A stretch of DNA of 64,000 nucleotides from Flavobacteriales bacterium (lineage in GTDB: Bacteria > Bacteroidota > Bacteroidia > Flavobacteriales_C > GCA-002722245). The stretch covers positions 23,190-87,189 of the forward strand of contig PBLA01000003.1 in assembly GCA_002722245.1 (NCBI GenBank), in the 5' to 3' direction. Positions 60,806 through 64,000 of the stretch are shown in pieces. Each line of letters begins with the position of its first letter. Position 1 is the stretch's first letter. Under the pieces are notes generated by a model. That model saw nothing but the letters and a program-made list of their open reading frames with translations, did not search any database and was not told the DNA's origin. The position numbers and the translations under genes were made by a program.

Positions 60806-62101
60806 ATGAATGTGCGATATGACAAGATTGATTCAAATCTGTTTGTAACAAACAGAAACCGATTCAACAATCTAATGAAGGCTAATAGCCTAGCCCTCTT
60901 TCATTCCAATGATGAAATGCCCAGAAATGGGGATTGTTTTTTTCCCTTTCGACAAAATTCCGATCTCTTTTTTTTAAGCGGCATCGATCAAGAGCAATCT
61001 ATCCTGCTCTTATTCCCAGACTGTCCCAACCCTTCCTATCGAGAAGTACTCTTTATAAGAGAAACATGCGAACATACAAAAGTTTGGGAAGGACCGAAAT
61101 ACAGTAAAAAAGAAGCCATAGAGGTATCAGGAGTTAAAACCGTTTTTTGGCTAGAAAATTTCGATTCGATCTTCAATATGCTGACGAATTGGGCTACAAA
61201 TATTTACGTAAACCAAAATGAACATGACCGCGCAATTTCAAAGGTAGATTCTCGAAATCTAAGATTCACGCGTCAATTAAAAGATCAATTACCGGCTCAC
61301 AATTTTGAGAGAGCTACCCCCCTTTTAACACAACTACGAGCCATTAAGTCCTCTCTTGAAGTTGATTTAATTAAGCAAGCCTGCAGGATTACAGAAAAAG
61401 GGTTTAGACGAATTTTAGATTTTGCAAAACCTGGTGTTTGGGAATATGAATTAGAGGCTGAAGCTACACATGAATTTATTAAAAATCGTGCAAACGGCCA
61501 TGCTTACACACCTATTTTTGCTTCAGGTTCTAATGCCTGTATATTGCACTACACCCACAATAACAAGCAATGCAAAGAAGGAGAACTTGTTCTCATGGAC
61601 TTTGGTGCAGAGTATGCCAACTATGCGTCAGACTTAACGCGTACCATTCCTATAAATGGACGCTACTCTCCAAGACAAAAGGCCGTTTACCAAGCGGTTC
61701 GAAGAGTGATGACTGAGGCAACACAAATGCTCACTGTTGGCAACCTGTTGGATGATTACCACAAAGAAGTATGTAAATTAATGGAATCCGAATTAATCGG
61801 TTTGGGGATTTTAGACAACACGAAAGTGGCAAGACAATCAGCTCAAAAACCATTGTATAAAAAATACTACCCACATGGAACGTCTCATTTTTTGGGATTA
61901 GATGTGCATGATGTAGGTAATCGATACAATGCCTTTAAACCTGGAATGGTTTTTACTTGTGAACCGGGCATCTATATCCCTGAGGAAGGAATAGGAATTC
62001 GTATTGAAAATGATATTTTAATAACAGAAGATGGACCGGTTGACCTCATGAATTCCATACCAATAGAGATTGAGGAAATAGAGGATTTAATGAACAAATA
62101 A
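60806..62101 (+). CDS. pepP: Xaa-Pro aminopeptidase (M24B)
   Basis: FRQNSD, ILHY, MDFGAEY..YASDLTRT, HGTSHFLGLDVHD, TCEPGIY, GIRIEND. Confidence 0.93.
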   Translation: MNVRYDKIDSNLFVTNRNRFNNLMKANSLALFHSNDEMPRNGDCFFPFRQNSDLFFLSGIDQEQSILLLFPDCPNPSYREVLFIRETCEHTKVWEGPKYSKKEAIEVSGVKTVFWLENFDSIFNMLTNWATNIYVNQNEHDRAISKVDSRNLRFTRQLKDQLPAHNFERATPLLTQLRAIKSSLEVDLIKQACRITEKGFRRILDFAKPGVWEYELEAEATHEFIKNRANGHAYTPIFASGSNACILHYTHNNKQCKEGELVLMDFGAEYANYASDLTRTIPINGRYSPRQKAVYQAVRRVMTEATQMLTVGNLLDDYHKEVCKLMESELIGLGILDNTKVARQSAQKPLYKKYYPHGTSHFLGLDVHDVGNRYNAFKPGMVFTCEPGIYIPEEGIGIRIENDILITEDGPVDLMNSIPIEIEEIEDLMNK

Positions 62102-62127
62102 AAGGCCTTGCAAGAAGCAAGGCCCTT
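62102..62127. terminator. Hairpin between convergent pepP and the downstream gene
   Basis: AAGGCCTTGC-AAGAA-GCAAGGCCCTT; T tract follows on the minus strand. Confidence 0.7.
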
Positions 62128-62150
62128 AGATTTTTGATTGGAGTTAAAAT

Positions 62151-63233
62151 TTAACGATGCAAAGCGTATCCAAAAGAGAATCCAAATAACCAACCATCAT
62201 TATCCGGAATAGCATATACATTAACAGGTATATTCATATTTCCTGCGTGAAAGGTTTTTCCAACTGCCCAAATCCATCCAGGCTGTAAAACAAACTCACC
62301 TCTATTGTCTAATCGATCTGAATATACACCTTGATAATTTGCATCATCTCTTTTTAAAATCCATTCCCCATTTTCATTTTCATATCCTCTAAGAATTTTC
62401 TTAAACCTAAATACAGGACCAAAACCTACTTCCCAACCATATTTAGTACTTCTGAAACCGTTTAGAAAGGATAAAGAAGGAATAGCCATCTGTTGATCTA
62501 AGCCTGTTAACGAGAAGTTCGTTTGAAAAACTGCCTGAACAGCACCGGTGTAAAGGTATGACTGCTCATACTGATACCCTATTACAGTCATTGATGGTGA
62601 CTTTCCAAACCCTCCTTCATCTTTACTCATTAGGATGTCTTGATTAATTCCCGTCATGTGTGACACTCCAAACCTTGGCCCCGAAAGGTTATAAGGCTTA
62701 ATTGTAGGACCTTCCAATTCTGCATTTTTCGCTTTATCAAAATCAAAAACGGCTAAATTCTCTAACTTAATCTTCTCATCAAAAAGACGTTTAACAGACA
62801 TCTCCATGAATTTCCAAATGTAATCCTCCTCAAATAAATATTCAGAGTAATCACTCTCTACCACCTTTTGTGTAGAAGGGTCAATCAACCTTAAATTAAT
62901 GGAGAGTTTATCTCCAGTAAGCTCTGCTGAACCTGTTAATGCATAGTCTACATCAAGAGCTTTTCCTAAATCAGATATACATTTCACACCAAAGCATTTC
63001 TTATCTGATGGAACATTTTCTTGAACTAATTCTGCCACGGTATATTTATCCACTACATCAAGGGTGTCCAGTTTTCGGATTTCAGCCGTAACCATTGAAA
63101 TATATTGTGCCTCTTTAAAATTTGAACCAATAACATCAAAATTTACAATTGCGATTGTTTCCTTTGCCATAATTGCGAATTGCGTTAAAATAAATAACCC
63201 AATTAATCCCATTTTTAATCTTACCTTTTTCAT
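62151..63233 (-). CDS. Exported hypothetical protein: TolB-N/CsgG-like alpha/beta domain + beta-strand-rich C-terminal domain
   Basis: Signal peptide; TIAIVNF..C...C..LGKAL.VDY.LTGS..INLRLID; C-terminal alternating aromatic strands ending FSFGYALHR. Confidence 0.6.
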   Translation of the reverse strand: MKKVRLKMGLIGLFILTQFAIMAKETIAIVNFDVIGSNFKEAQYISMVTAEIRKLDTLDVVDKYTVAELVQENVPSDKKCFGVKCISDLGKALDVDYALTGSAELTGDKLSINLRLIDPSTQKVVESDYSEYLFEEDYIWKFMEMSVKRLFDEKIKLENLAVFDFDKAKNAELEGPTIKPYNLSGPRFGVSHMTGINQDILMSKDEGGFGKSPSMTVIGYQYEQSYLYTGAVQAVFQTNFSLTGLDQQMAIPSLSFLNGFRSTKYGWEVGFGPVFRFKKILRGYENENGEWILKRDDANYQGVYSDRLDNRGEFVLQPGWIWAVGKTFHAGNMNIPVNVYAIPDNDGWLFGFSFGYALHR

Positions 63234-63335
63234 AATGTATTGTTTTGAATTTAAAACAAAGTTCAGGCAATAGAAGAGGGATTCGTAATTGATTTACGCA
63301 CTCGAAATTTATTTTTTTGCATTTTTTGCAAATTG

Positions 63336-64000
63336 TTACTTTATGTAACAACCCAGATGTTTGGCTATGATAACACGCTGAATTTCTGATGTACCTTCTC
63401 CAATTTGAAGCATTCGTTGATCTCGAAAGAATCGTTCAATTGGATATTCCTTAATGAGTCCATAACCACCATGGATTTGAACTGCTTCGTCCGCCACCTC
63501 TTTGGCAACCTCAGAACTATAGAGTTTCGCAATGGTCGCTTCGAGTGAAAATTTTTGTTGATTGTCTTTCAGCCAACAAGCCTTGTATAGCATTGTTCGT
63601 GCTAACTCTATTTTCATATGCATATCGGCAAGTTTAAAAGAAATGGCTTGATGATTAGAGATCGATTTTCCAAATTGTTTTCTACTCTTCGCGTATTGAA
63701 GAGCCATTTCATAGGCGCCTTGAGCTAAACCTACCCCTATAGCCGCAACACCAAGTTTCCCTGCATCTAGAGATTGAAGCATGATTTTTGAACCTTCACC
63801 CTGAGGGCCTAAAATATTTTCTTTAGGGACCTTACAGTCATTAAAAAAAAGCTGTGCTGTATTTGTTCCCCTCCACATCATTTTGTCATGAATCGTCTCG
63901 GCTGTAAACCCTTCTGTTCCTTGCTCAACAATAATCGTAGAGAACGTCTTCTTTCCTTCATTTATTCCCGTAACCGCCTGTAAAGTAACGCCTCTGGTAA
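63336..64000 (-). CDS. Acyl-CoA dehydrogenase, 3' part (5' end outside window)
   Basis: R.QFGK.I..HQAI.FKLADM, AKLYSSE, AVQIHGGYG, IGEGTSEIQR. Confidence 0.95.
   Translation of the reverse strand, partial: TRGVTLQAVTGINEGKKTFSTIIVEQGTEGFTAETIHDKMMWRGTNTAQLFFNDCKVPKENILGPQGEGSKIMLQSLDAGKLGVAAIGVGLAQGAYEMALQYAKSRKQFGKSISNHQAISFKLADMHMKIELARTMLYKACWLKDNQQKFSLEATIAKLYSSEVAKEVADEAVQIHGGYGLIKEYPIERFFRDQRMLQIGEGTSEIQRVIIAKHLGCYIK

Overview
AT-rich chromosomal window from a Bacteroidota bacterium, probably a marine Flavobacteriales-like organism. Evidence: T9SS C-terminal domains (CTDs), TAnnTTTG promoters, a MurF-Alr fusion, long-form PurF and the Bacteroidota sdhCAB operon. About 36 CDS and one tRNA-Ala(GGC). 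Housekeeping blocks: ybbAP ABC transporter; flippase-dut-nucleotidyltransferase-TPR-DUF4292-envC; purF, dacB; TetR-TolC-MFP-RND; dxs, desaturase, tatD, murF-alr; sdhCAB, pepP, acyl-CoA dehydrogenase. Accessory blocks are rich in T9SS cargo: (i) an ECF sigma/anti-sigma-like pair beside a SusC/D-less cluster of SGNH esterase, heparinase-II/III-like lyase, GH16 and sulfatase; (ii) a 1865-aa repeat adhesin with a type B CTD; (iii) a 47.3-56.9 kb island between murF-alr and sdhB. The island is the best candidate for an undescribed system. It holds two head-to-head paralogous ~480-aa all-alpha cytoplasmic proteins of unknown function, two large T9SS cargo genes, and two decayed copies of the 3' (CTD) end of one cargo gene in direct orientation. 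This suggests a regulated locus where cargo genes have turned over. No integrase, transposase, CRISPR array or rRNA was seen. All family calls are motif-based by eye; no database searches were run.
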